Below are positions 10,285-19,395 of a stretch of DNA of 42,075 nt, one piece after another (position 1 is the stretch's first letter; every line of letters starts with the position of its first letter). Under the pieces are notes generated by a model. The model had not been told where the DNA came from and did no database searches. It was given only the letters and a program-made list of their open reading frames with translations. Position numbers and translations under genes: made by a program. This stretch comes from Deltaproteobacteria bacterium (lineage in GTDB: Bacteria > Desulfobacterota > Dissulfuribacteria > Dissulfuribacterales > Sh68). The stretch is from the NCBI GenBank assembly GCA_021787835.1, contig JAJYLJ010000003.1:1-42075 (forward strand), written 5' to 3'.

Positions 10285-10737
10285 ATGATGCGAAGGATAG
10301 GAGTCATAGGCGCTGGGCTATGCGACCCGGATACCGCCAAAATCGCCGAAAAAGTAGGGGGCATGATAGCCGGTCGAGGGGCCATTCTTTACTGTGGTGG
10401 TCTTGGCGGAGTAATGGAAGCCGCCGCCAAAGGCGCATTTGAGGCTGGCGGCGTCACGGTAGGAATACTTCCAGGATCCAAAGCTGCCGAAGCCAACCGG
10501 TATATAAAAATACCTATCGTTACAGACATGGGATATGCGAGAAACGTGATACTTGTTAAATCATGCGAGGTCCTGATCGCCATCTCCGGTTCATACGGGA
10601 CATTGGCCGAGATATCGCTTGCGCTTAAAATGTGGAAGCCTGTAGTGGGCCTTAAGACATGGGAAAATTTTAAGGGTGTCAACTATGTGACCAACGCCGA
10701 TGAGGCCATTGAAAAGGCCTTCGAGATGTTACCATAG
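10285..10737 (+). CDS. TIGR00725-type / LOG-like Rossmann-fold protein
   Basis: 150 aa. RIGVIGAG..., CGGLGGVMEAAAKGA and GGVTVGILP match the small LOG/lysine-decarboxylase-like family pattern (from memory). Confidence 0.65.
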   Translation: MMRRIGVIGAGLCDPDTAKIAEKVGGMIAGRGAILYCGGLGGVMEAAAKGAFEAGGVTVGILPGSKAAEANRYIKIPIVTDMGYARNVILVKSCEVLIAISGSYGTLAEISLALKMWKPVVGLKTWENFKGVNYVTNADEAIEKAFEMLP

Positions 10738-10770
10738 AAATATAGAAGGCAAAAAAACTAAAACGAGGCC

Positions 10771-11427
10771 TTGATGCAAACTTTCAACTCGATGATCGAC
10801 CTATTACTGCACCTTGATAAATACCTCGGGTTAATTGTCCAGACTTATGGACATTTTATATATCCCATCCTTTTCCTGATCATATTTTCTGAAACAGGGC
10901 TCGTCGTGGCGCCGTTTCTTCCTGGAGACTCCTTGCTTTTTGTAACAGGCACATTCGCAGCTGCGGGCGGGATGGACATTAATCTAACCCTTTCAATCCT
11001 GATAGCCGCAGCCATTCTGGGAGATACGATAAATTACTGGATAGGTTATTACACCGGACAAAGGGCATTGCACTGTAAAAATCCGCAGTTTTTAAACAAG
11101 AAACATCTGGACAGAACGCATGAATTTTATGAGAAATATGGCGGAAAAACCATAATAATTGCTCGTTTTATACCTGTAATCCGCACGTTTGCGCCATTTG
11201 TGGCCGGAGTTGGCAAGATGAACTATAGACGTTTTATTGTCTATAACATGGCAGGCGGAATCTTATGGGTAACACTTCTTGTGCTGGCCGGCTATTTTTT
11301 TGGCAATCTATCCTTTGTGAAAAGGAATCTGACCGCCTTTATCTTTCTTATTATCGTACTTTCGATAATGCCCGGCGTCATTGAATACCTCCGCCATTTT
11401 CAGACAAGAAGCAGCGCAGCCGAATAA
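10771..11427 (+). CDS. DedA family inner-membrane protein
   Basis: 218 aa. Motifs ETGLVVAPFLPGDSLLF and GGKTIIIARFIPVIRTFAPFVAGV, with multiple TM segments. The ATG at 10774 is an equally possible start. Confidence 0.85.
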   Translation: MMQTFNSMIDLLLHLDKYLGLIVQTYGHFIYPILFLIIFSETGLVVAPFLPGDSLLFVTGTFAAAGGMDINLTLSILIAAAILGDTINYWIGYYTGQRALHCKNPQFLNKKHLDRTHEFYEKYGGKTIIIARFIPVIRTFAPFVAGVGKMNYRRFIVYNMAGGILWVTLLVLAGYFFGNLSFVKRNLTAFIFLIIVLSIMPGVIEYLRHFQTRSSAAE

Positions 11428-11430
11428 CTT

Positions 11431-12534
11431 TTAACTCAAATTGGCCTCAAAAATACCCTGCAATATCCTTACATGACTTTCCCAGCTGTATCTTTTGGCA
11501 ATCGCCAGGGCCCTTTCACCCAAAGAACCCCTCGCCTCGTCCGAAAGCCCAAAAAAATGCCTTAAGGCGTTATAAACATCATGGGCCGATGCGCTCTCCA
11601 GCACCAGCCACCCGGCGACCTCACCTGCCAATTCGCATGCTCCGGCTGATTGTGTGGTAAGCGCGGGAGTACCACAGGCCATTGATTCCAAGACCGTATT
11701 TGCAAATGTATCATACAGGGTCGGAAGGATAAAAAGATCTGAAGCGCTGTACAGCCGCCGCATATCTTTTACATAGCCAAGCCACCTTACCTTCGCCGAG
11801 AATTCCGCACGCTTTATCTCGGCGTCGATAGCCCTGTCTCCATACGACCCAGCGATAAGAAGGGTGAAATCACGGCGGCGAAGACCCTTCAATCCATCTA
11901 TTAGATGTTTCAGACCCTTACGCCTCAAATCAGAACCAGCGAATAGAAGTATTGTATCACTTTCGGGTATTCCCATATCAAGCCTCAGGGCGATACGCTC
12001 TCCCGGAGACATTGGATAAAAAGCCTCTAAATCAATCCCATTATAGACTACATGGATATTTGAAGAGGGGACATTGTAATATTGGCGGAGCTGTCTTTTT
12101 ACAAGGTTGGAAATGGCCACAACAGCCCTGGATTCCTCAATGGCCCTTGACTCCATCCATAAAAGCGCCTTGTGCCTCGGCCTCAAACACCTAAGCTTGC
12201 TTACACCGCCATATCCGAGTTCAAGCCATGCGGCGTGAAGGGGATCCGAAATCCTCAATATGTCAACAGGGGCCACTCTTGAGAGTCCATAGGTTAGATC
12301 AAAACCATCTTTTTCTAATACCTTCTTTACATTGAAAAAAAAACTCAAATTTTTAAGGATACTCCCACGCCCGAAGACCTTGGCCCTTGAAAAATTACAC
12401 TCGACCCTTGATCTGTCGGCCACTACCGTAACTTCATGGCCGAGCCTGGAGAGCCATCTGCATATATTCGCACAATAGGCCTCTGCCCCGCCAAATCCAA
12501 AACCACATTCCCTGCGAATAACCGCAAGTCTCAT
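11431..12534 (-). CDS. Glycosyltransferase family 4 (LPS core-type, RfaG-like)
   Basis: 367 aa with GT-B architecture: N-terminal GFGGAE and a C-terminal E-x7-E-like region PTLYDTFANTVLESMACGTP. Its start overlaps the stop of the upstream kinase gene (12531-12534). Confidence 0.8.
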   Translation of the reverse strand: MRLAVIRRECGFGFGGAEAYCANICRWLSRLGHEVTVVADRSRVECNFSRAKVFGRGSILKNLSFFFNVKKVLEKDGFDLTYGLSRVAPVDILRISDPLHAAWLELGYGGVSKLRCLRPRHKALLWMESRAIEESRAVVAISNLVKRQLRQYYNVPSSNIHVVYNGIDLEAFYPMSPGERIALRLDMGIPESDTILLFAGSDLRRKGLKHLIDGLKGLRRRDFTLLIAGSYGDRAIDAEIKRAEFSAKVRWLGYVKDMRRLYSASDLFILPTLYDTFANTVLESMACGTPALTTQSAGACELAGEVAGWLVLESASAHDVYNALRHFFGLSDEARGSLGERALAIAKRYSWESHVRILQGIFEANLS

Positions 12535-13373
12535 TGCGAGGCCCTTGATTTAAGTTTATAGTCATGTCTTGCTATCTGAAGGACCTTTTTCTCAATCCTT
12601 GCCACTATCCCTTTGGAGCCGCACTCAGGAAGTCTCGCCGTATAGATGTCCCAAAATATCCTTGACAGCTTATCCCATTCGCCCGCACTCAAGACCGCTT
12701 TTGATGAATATGCGAGCTGGGCTATGTCTTTTATCAACCATGAAATGACAATGGGTTCGGCCCTGCGAAGCCTCTGTAGATCCACGACAGAGACATGGCC
12801 GTCTTGCTGCTCGTCCCAAAAAAGATGACACAGATAGAAATCTTGATGGCTAAGGCCAAGGCTATGAAAACGCGCAGCAAAATGAGCCAGCCTGCTTACC
12901 ACTCTAGCCTTGTGATCAAATGGAATATCTCTTGCCAAAAAATCATTGATGCGCACACCCGCAACTTTTGTCATGACGACAATTGACCTTCCACTGACGT
13001 CACTGCCTGCCGCCACAGGATCAAAGGTCTTAAGCCCGGCTTCTTTCAATATACTGGCACCCGACCATTCAACCTTGCTGCCTTCAGGCCTTAACCAAAA
13101 AAAAGGCCATCTTTTATCTTTATGATAACGCTTTACAAAGAGCGTCTCTCCGCAAAGCTCCATTGTACAGATATCCCGATCGGCCTTTTTTTTGAAAATT
13201 TTTAAACGTTCAGACCCCCATAACTCGCCGAAGTCTGAAAGCCCTGCCTCATTAAAATACCGGCTCCATCCATCAACGATCTCCAACCCGTCCTTTACGG
13301 GCAGCATCGGATAAAGAGTGCCACCAAAAGGCCACATCCAGGGGCGGGCGCGGCTTTTTAGTTTGCCTCGCAT
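12531..13373 (-). CDS. Lipopolysaccharide kinase (Kdo/WaaP/InaA) family protein
   Basis: Kinase-like catalytic segment GLSHQDFYLCHLF, followed by VDLQR. It lies between bioC and a GT4 gene. The start is uncertain (13412, 13373 or 13337). Confidence 0.6.
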   Translation of the reverse strand: MRGKLKSRARPWMWPFGGTLYPMLPVKDGLEIVDGWSRYFNEAGLSDFGELWGSERLKIFKKKADRDICTMELCGETLFVKRYHKDKRWPFFWLRPEGSKVEWSGASILKEAGLKTFDPVAAGSDVSGRSIVVMTKVAGVRINDFLARDIPFDHKARVVSRLAHFAARFHSLGLSHQDFYLCHLFWDEQQDGHVSVVDLQRLRRAEPIVISWLIKDIAQLAYSSKAVLSAGEWDKLSRIFWDIYTARLPECGSKGIVARIEKKVLQIARHDYKLKSRASQ

Positions 13374-14128
13374 AAAAAAACCTGATATGAGGCCCTTACA
13401 GCGCCAAAACACCTTCTATAGAGATGGTCCATGCGGTAAATGCGGGCTGGGGTAAGGCGCAGTGGATGGGTGGGCTGTATTGACAAAGACACGCCGGTAC
13501 CTTTCAGGCTGCGAAACAAGGAAAACAAGTTATCATATTCTCTGCATATCAATAATTCATCCATATAAACGCGCTTAAATATGCTCAAGAGCAAGTCCTT
13601 AATTTTTTGATAATCAGGAAATGACATGGCAGGCAGTGCAATATCGTAGCCAAAACTTTCAGATAAGATACAAGCCAACTCCCTTAACGTCAACGGACCG
13701 AAAATGGAGAACACGATCGTTCCTTTGCTTGAGAGCAGGCCTTTGAATATCCTGAATGCCGCCTCCATGTCTTGAAACCAATGGAGCGCGCTGTTCGCAG
13801 TGATGAGATCAAAAGGCCCTTTGATAAAAAACGGCAGATCCTCTCCGTCCGCGACACTGAAATTGAGTCTATCGTTTTGAAAAAACTTCTTTCTGGCCTC
13901 GGCTATCATGACCGGAGATATATCAATGGCCTCAATAATTGCATCCTTAAAGACCTCTAAAAGCATTTCCGTATAACATCCAGTGCCGCAGCCGATCTCA
14001 AAAATACGCTCGCATGACCTGCCTGTTAATTTTGATTTAAGACGGCGGGCCGCCTCAAGCTGTACGTCCGCATAATCATCATAGGTAAGAGAGGCCCTGT
14101 TGAACGATCTCTCTATTGTTGTCTTCAA
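13358..14128 (-). CDS. bioC: Malonyl-ACP O-methyltransferase BioC-like (class I SAM methyltransferase)
   Basis: 256 aa. N-terminal FNRASLTYDDYADVQ, SAM motif I IFEIGCGTGCYT, and ANSALHW. It sits in a bioF/bioH-like cluster. Confidence 0.75.
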   Translation of the reverse strand: MKTTIERSFNRASLTYDDYADVQLEAARRLKSKLTGRSCERIFEIGCGTGCYTEMLLEVFKDAIIEAIDISPVMIAEARKKFFQNDRLNFSVADGEDLPFFIKGPFDLITANSALHWFQDMEAAFRIFKGLLSSKGTIVFSIFGPLTLRELACILSESFGYDIALPAMSFPDYQKIKDLLLSIFKRVYMDELLICREYDNLFSLFRSLKGTGVSLSIQPTHPLRLTPARIYRMDHLYRRCFGAVRASYQVFLCEAN

Positions 14129-14799
14129 GACGCTATAAGCACCCTTTCAAACTCAGGAGATAAAAATGGAAGATGACCGGATGAATTGATTACTATGATA
14201 TCCATATCTTCATGTCTTGGCGCAGGGGTCAACGGCGCCACAAGGTCTCTGGCGCCGTAAAAAAATCTTATACTCCTATCAGGATGAATACATCCGGCCG
14301 CACCAACGCTTCCCCTTGAAAGATAATCGAGACCGGCTTTCAACCCTGTTGGGTCAAGACCCATCAAATGCGCCTCCTCAAGATCCCTGATAAACCATTC
14401 ATAATCTTCCCTCTGACCTATAAAACACCGCCGATAGAAACGCCTGAGCATATCAATAAAATTTCTTTCCATACTATCAAGCTGATCCTTGATTTCTTTT
14501 CTTGGGAAACGCCTCCTAAAAGAAACAAGGAACAAGTCATTTGTCATGGACGGATATTTACGGCAAAAATCAATGGCTACATAAGAGCCCATTGACCACC
14601 CTAAAATAGATACAGCCCTAATATCTTTTTTGCGTAAAAAATTGCAAAGATAGTCGGAAATATCTCCATACACAGGCTCAGCAGGCATGACATAGTTATA
14701 ACAAAGGCATACGCGCGAAAAAATAGCCGGAAGAAACCCCCATCCAGGTATCAATGCCAAATATTCAGCATATCCCCTTTCCATAATACGAAAATCCAT
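14125..14799 (-). CDS. Alpha/beta hydrolase, probable pimeloyl-ACP methyl ester esterase (BioH-like, short form)
   Basis: 224 aa. Nucleophile elbow GWSMGS and a C-terminal SGHLPF (catalytic His context). It lies between bioF and bioC, with overlapping stops and starts. Confidence 0.55.
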   Translation of the reverse strand: MDFRIMERGYAEYLALIPGWGFLPAIFSRVCLCYNYVMPAEPVYGDISDYLCNFLRKKDIRAVSILGWSMGSYVAIDFCRKYPSMTNDLFLVSFRRRFPRKEIKDQLDSMERNFIDMLRRFYRRCFIGQREDYEWFIRDLEEAHLMGLDPTGLKAGLDYLSRGSVGAAGCIHPDRSIRFFYGARDLVAPLTPAPRHEDMDIIVINSSGHLPFLSPEFERVLIAS

Positions 14800-15925
14800 C
14801 AGCCAACGCCTCCAAAAGCATGTCTATATCCCTAGGGCCATGGTCAGCGGTTATGGATAGTCTGATCCTTGAGCTACCTTCTGGAACAGTAGGAGGGCGG
14901 ACGGCCTTTACAAAAAAACCCAACGCTCTCAAATGATCCGCAAGTGCAACGGCGCTTTTGTCTTCCCCGACTATGACGGGTACAATTTGAGACCTGCCAG
15001 CGGGGTTTATGCCTAATTGTCTTTTAAGTCTCGCCCGCATGTGTGCTGAATTCTTCAAGACCTTTTCCCTCCTTTTTTTTTCGCTGGCAAGAAGCTTGAT
15101 GGCGGCAATATTTGAACTTACCACAGGTGGCGGAAGGGCTGTCGAGAATATAAAGGTCCTGGCCTTATTGACTAAAAAATTTTTTAAAGTCTTAGACACA
15201 GCCACAAAGGCGCCGTATCCGCCCAAGGCCTTCCCGAATGTGCCAATGATCAGATCGACCCCGTCCGCCAAGGAAGAATCGATGAGGCCTTCGCCGTTGT
15301 CGCCAAAAACTCCAACTGCATGGGCCTCGTCCACCATTAGCATCGCGCCGTAACGCTCCTTTGTATCTATGAGTTCACGGATCATGGCCTCATCGCCTTC
15401 CATGCTATAGAGACTCTCAACTAATATGAGGATATTTTTATACTTATTTCTGTTTTCTCTAAGAAGCGCCTCCAGGGATTCCAAATCATTGTGGCGAAAT
15501 CTGAAAAAACGTGCGCCAGAAAGGATGATGCCGTCTATAATACTTGCATGATTAAGGCGATCCGAGAATATTGCATCTCCATGCCCGCATATGGCTGGTA
15601 TGGTGCCAGTGTTTGCCAGATAACCGCTGCCAAATATAAGAGCGGCCTCCTTGCCCTTTAAAAAAGCGACGGCCCTTTCAAGCTCATGATGTATCTCCAT
15701 ATCTCCGCTCATAAGCCTTGAAGCCCCGGCCCCGGCCCCCCACCTGTCCATGGCCTCGATCCCGGCCTTTATTAGGGCTGGATGATGGGCAAGGCCAAGA
15801 TAATCATTTGAAGCGAAATTCACCAACCGCTCGCCGCCAATTATAACAACGCCTGGCCGCAACGCCTCAATGGGCTCGAGATGCCTCGGTAGGCTCATTG
15901 AGGAATAGTTTGGGGAAATAGTCAT
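14765..15925 (-). CDS. bioF: 8-amino-7-oxononanoate synthase
   Basis: 386 aa. Motifs NDYLGL, SGYLAN, DEAHAVG, and PLP-lysine context GTFGKALGGYGA. Confidence 0.9.
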   Translation of the reverse strand: MTISPNYSSMSLPRHLEPIEALRPGVVIIGGERLVNFASNDYLGLAHHPALIKAGIEAMDRWGAGAGASRLMSGDMEIHHELERAVAFLKGKEAALIFGSGYLANTGTIPAICGHGDAIFSDRLNHASIIDGIILSGARFFRFRHNDLESLEALLRENRNKYKNILILVESLYSMEGDEAMIRELIDTKERYGAMLMVDEAHAVGVFGDNGEGLIDSSLADGVDLIIGTFGKALGGYGAFVAVSKTLKNFLVNKARTFIFSTALPPPVVSSNIAAIKLLASEKKRREKVLKNSAHMRARLKRQLGINPAGRSQIVPVIVGEDKSAVALADHLRALGFFVKAVRPPTVPEGSSRIRLSITADHGPRDIDMLLEALADGFSYYGKGIC

Positions 15926-15990
15926 GTAGGCCGATTAAAGATATTTTTGCCGAAATTTGAATATAACACACCGAAGATTAAAAATAAAAA

Positions 15991-16020
15991 TGCCCTTCAA
16001 ACCATAGAGCTTGAAGGGCA
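15991..16020 (-). terminator. Rho-independent terminator after the c7-like cytochrome gene
   Basis: A perfect 10-bp stem, tgcccttcaa (15991-16000) with ttgaagggca (16011-16020), around a 10-nt loop. On the minus strand it is followed by tttttatttt. Confidence 0.7.
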
Positions 16021-16041
16021 TTTAAAAAAAATTAAAAAAAA

Positions 16042-16386
16042 TTATTTATGACATGTGGCGCAGGCCTTACCCTTTGGAACCTTCATTGCGGTATGGCATG
16101 GCCAGCACATCTTTGAATGAAAATCATTCATTATACCTTCTTTTTTTACGATATCGAACTTAAGCTTGCCGCCAGCCGCACTTGTATGGCATTTATCGCA
16201 TGTCAATTTAGACTGATGCATTGCGTGCGGGAATATGACAGCGCTCTTGCTGCCAGTAATGCCATATTTTGCCTTTAGATCTATGGTGGCAGGCCCTTTA
16301 TCCCCGGCAAATGCCAAAATAGGTGTAACTACCAACAATGATGCCGCTATTAATCCTAATGATCTACCCCTCATGTTTGTGAGCAC
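16042..16386 (-). CDS. Periplasmic triheme cytochrome c (c7/c3 family-like)
   Basis: 114 aa with a signal peptide. Three CxxCH sites (CDKCH, CWPCH, CATCH) with interspersed His (FPHAMHQ). The layout resembles Geobacter PpcA-type c7 cytochromes (from memory). Confidence 0.8.
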   Translation of the reverse strand: MLTNMRGRSLGLIAASLLVVTPILAFAGDKGPATIDLKAKYGITGSKSAVIFPHAMHQSKLTCDKCHTSAAGGKLKFDIVKKEGIMNDFHSKMCWPCHTAMKVPKGKACATCHK

Positions 16387-16452
16387 CTCCTTTTATTTTT
16401 TTTGGTATTAACAGAAAAAAATCTATAATGCAATATAATTTTATAATTAATT

Positions 16453-16725
16453 TTATACCCCTTCTGTCTGTCTGGTCTCGGGTCTTTCTTTTATATCCTT
16501 TACCAGTTGCCCTATCTGCAAACCAAGCGAAATGCACTGCTTACCCAGCATACAAGCATCCGCCTCCTCTGCTTCGAGATATGTCTCAAGCTTCTTGCCG
16601 TATTTTTCCAAATGAACAACCCATAGTTTTTTCTCTTTGTCATATCTTACATTTAAGTCAATCTGACACTGCCCGATATCTGGATATATTTTCCTGATCT
16701 TTTCACACAAATCTGCTGGATTCAT
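16453..16725 (-). CDS. Hypothetical small protein (4 Cys), unknown function
   Basis: 90-aa ORF with SD ggaggg 9 nt upstream of the ATG. It lies between lpxC and the c7-like cytochrome on the same strand. I recognise no family. Confidence 0.5.
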   Translation of the reverse strand: MNPADLCEKIRKIYPDIGQCQIDLNVRYDKEKKLWVVHLEKYGKKLETYLEAEEADACMLGKQCISLGLQIGQLVKDIKERPETRQTEGV

Positions 16726-16750
16726 TATTCATTACCCTCCTATTTTAGAG

Positions 16751-17695
16751 TTATAGAGAGGTGCCTGCGGAAACATCCTCCATTTTAGGGCTGAAGCTAG
16801 GCATCATGCGCCAATCTGTATCAAGTTCGACTTTGCGCCAAGCATATGGGCGATTAAGTATTTCTCGATTCAAAAGATTATGAATGGCATGACCGCCCTT
16901 AAATGAACAGACCCTGCCCAGAACAGGCATTCCAAGCAAAGATATATCGCCAATAAGGTCAAGGACCTTGTGACGCACGAACTCGTCTGAAAATCTGAGT
17001 CCGCCTTGGTTCAGAACAGAGACTTCATCCAACACGATAGCGTTATCAATGGTGCCGCCGAGCGCCAGCCCATTTTCCTTTAATCGTTCGATTTCTTTTA
17101 AAAAACCAAAAGTTCTGGCCCTGCTTATATGACGCTCAAAAATATTAGGCGTCACAAGTGAATCAAATTTTTGTCTGGCTATCGAAGGATGATCAAATGC
17201 TATCTCTGCCAATACATTAAAATCAGAACAAGGCGATATCGTTATATATTTATCGCCAGAGCGCACTGTAATCGGATCAAGTATCTCGATATATCGCCTA
17301 GGTGCACCCTGTATATAGAACCCGGCCTCCTTGATAAGTGAAACAAATGGATACGCACTTCCATCCATTGCCGGTATCTCTGGCCCATCAATATCTATAA
17401 TAAGATTGTCAACACCCATGCCGACCAAGGCGGCCATCAAATGCTCAATGGTCGAAACGGAACCGCTTCCATTGCCGACTGTTGTGGCGAGGGCGGTGTC
17501 TATTACATATTCAGCCGACGCTGGAATCAACGCGACGGGATCAAGGTCTGTCCTCACAAATCTAATGCCCGAATCCGCTGGCGCCGGACGCATCCTCATA
17601 GTTACTCTTGCGCCGGTGTGGAGCCCTATTCCAGCGGCCTTGATAGACCTCTTAAGCGTCTGCTGCAAACACGTCACATCCTTCTCCTTAACCAA
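16751..17695 (-). CDS. lpxC: UDP-3-O-acyl-N-acetylglucosamine deacetylase
   Basis: 314 aa. Motifs TLKRSIKAAGIGLHTG, TIEHLMAAL, PAMDGSA, and HKVLDLIGD...GGHAIH, all typical of LpxC. Confidence 0.95.
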   Translation of the reverse strand: MVKEKDVTCLQQTLKRSIKAAGIGLHTGARVTMRMRPAPADSGIRFVRTDLDPVALIPASAEYVIDTALATTVGNGSGSVSTIEHLMAALVGMGVDNLIIDIDGPEIPAMDGSAYPFVSLIKEAGFYIQGAPRRYIEILDPITVRSGDKYITISPCSDFNVLAEIAFDHPSIARQKFDSLVTPNIFERHISRARTFGFLKEIERLKENGLALGGTIDNAIVLDEVSVLNQGGLRFSDEFVRHKVLDLIGDISLLGMPVLGRVCSFKGGHAIHNLLNREILNRPYAWRKVELDTDWRMMPSFSPKMEDVSAGTSL

Positions 17696-17932
17696 AACGC
17701 GGCATTCATCGCTCTATACATAAACTTAAGATAAAAATTTTTTATCAGACGCTATGGCACAGCGCAATTATTTAAAGATAAAGCAATAACAGTGCCAACA
17801 TGTGACAATAAAAAATATTTAAAATTCAATAGATTAAATATCTTAATATAAAAAAATAAATATAACGTGACTATTAAGTCATGCTTTTTGAGAAAATGGG
17901 TCCAGAATGTCACATTAAAGACACAACCCTAA

Positions 17933-18536
17933 CTATTTAAGATGGCGTTCGTCCTTGGACCAATCTTTAAGCATCTTGATCCATAAATTCAGATAGATCT
18001 TGCGTCTCCACCTGCTCTCCAGCTCGACACGGGCAAGGCTCTCTATTTTCTTAAGACAATCTCCGGCCCTGCCTATTATAATTCCTTTATGGGATTGTTT
18101 TTCTATATAAATATTGGCCGCTATTTTAATTAGATCAATCTCAGCCTCTTCTTTAAATTCTTGAATTTCAACCGCTGTAGAATAAGGAATCTCTTGCCTG
18201 GCCTTTTCTCCATGCTGACGCATCAACAAACATAAGTATCAAAGCATCCTTTATGGCGCACATGGCGGAGTCAACCAGCATCTTATTTAGAAGACGCCTG
18301 GATGTATGTATGCTCGGGGGTGTCCACAAAGACAATCTGGCAATCACGGCTTGTGAGTATCCCTTTGATGTTGTGTCTCGTGGTCTGCGGCTTGGTGTTG
18401 CTATGGCTATCTTTTCACATAATATCTGGTTTAAGAGGGTTGACTTTCCAACATCGGGCTCGCCTATTATCGCCACGAAACCCGACCTGAAAAAGGTTGT
18501 TTAGCGCCTGACTGCCGGTTGTTTAGCTAGCTGCAT
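17933..18536 (-). pseudogene. era: Decayed GTPase Era gene (in-frame stop, two frame switches, internal loss of the G4/G5 region)
   Basis: Hand translation from the ATG at 18536 (which overlaps the rnc end) gives MQLAKQPAVRR-TAA(18503..18501)-TTFFRSGFVAIIGEPDVGKSTLLNQ (G1). The G2/G3 segment [26 protein letters not shown] is readable only in another frame (18393..18316). The frame then returns for [30 protein letters not shown]. The KH domain (EIPYSTAVEIQEFKE...IIIGRAGDCLKKI...IYLNLWIKMLKDWSKDERHL) follows almost immediately in a third frame. The whole locus is about 190 codons, whereas I remember Era as about 300. Confidence 0.75.
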
Positions 18537-19251
18537 CGCGGGTTTCTTCCTTTGAACCTATCATTTCCAATGCAATTCTTGCTGCTTTTTGCTCAGCCTC
18601 CTTTTTACTGCGTCCCGTAGCCCTGGCAAGCATCTTTCCTTGCAAGCTGAGCGCCACGGTAAAAACCCTTTCATGATCAGGCCCGGATATACACTCAACC
18701 GCATAGACAGGCATATCATGGCAAGACCTCTGGGCGGCCTCCTGCAAATTTGTCTTATAATCTTGCCCAAGACCCAAGCTAAGGGCATCATCCAACAACC
18801 CTCCAAAAGACCTTTGAACGAAAGAAAAGGCCGGCCCCATACCTCCATCCATATAAATAGCACCCACCAAGGCCTCGAAGGCATCGGCCAGAATGGAAGG
18901 CTTGTCATGACCACCGCCCCTTGCCTCGCCCTTGCCCAAGAGCAGATGGCCGGCCATCCCAAGCCTTCGGGACTGTCTGGCGAGCTGCGCCTCATTGACA
19001 AGAAACGCCCTCATTCTGGTAAGATCCCCTTCACCATAGTCATTGGCATATTTTGAAAAAAGCAAATGGCTTATCACGAGGTCAAGAACGGCATCCCCGA
19101 GAAATTCGAGCCGTTCATTATCGCATATCCTTGGAATCTGCTCAACGGCATAGGAGCGATGGGTAAGGGCCTGTTCCAATAATTCTTTTCTGACAAAATT
19201 ATAACCTATCGTTTTCTCAAGCCAGGACAAACCGCCTTTTTTTATCAGCAT
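18523..19251 (-). CDS. rnc: Ribonuclease III
   Basis: 242 aa. Signature ERLEFLGDAVLDL, then a C-terminal dsRBD (SGPDHERVFTV...GRSKKEAEQKAA). Confidence 0.95.
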   Translation of the reverse strand: MLIKKGGLSWLEKTIGYNFVRKELLEQALTHRSYAVEQIPRICDNERLEFLGDAVLDLVISHLLFSKYANDYGEGDLTRMRAFLVNEAQLARQSRRLGMAGHLLLGKGEARGGGHDKPSILADAFEALVGAIYMDGGMGPAFSFVQRSFGGLLDDALSLGLGQDYKTNLQEAAQRSCHDMPVYAVECISGPDHERVFTVALSLQGKMLARATGRSKKEAEQKAARIALEMIGSKEETRDAAS

Positions 19252-19395
19252 AATAGAATTTTGCTAGCCTAGAAGAAATAGTAATCTGACCTTAAATCCA
19301 GCCATATAAAATATGGCCGATCCTGTTTCGGGATAAAGGTATCTATCTTGAACATTAACCCAAGCGCAAGACGCAAACCTTGTGATCAAAGCCCG

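Noticed and set aside
17755-17771. TGGCAC-containing sequence (ctatggcacagcgcaatta) as a sigma-54 promoter
   Set aside because: The -12 element is absent: TT occupies the position where GC is required, 12 nt from the GG. There is also no plus-strand gene downstream.
17933-18476. Treating 18168..18476 and 17933..18229 as two separate small genes, or as a programmed frameshift
   Set aside because: They are the G1-region and KH-domain pieces of one Era gene in different frames. The G2/G3 segment sits in yet another frame, and about 100 residues are missing. There is no slippery heptamer or stimulatory structure, so a pseudogene or assembly artefact is the better reading.
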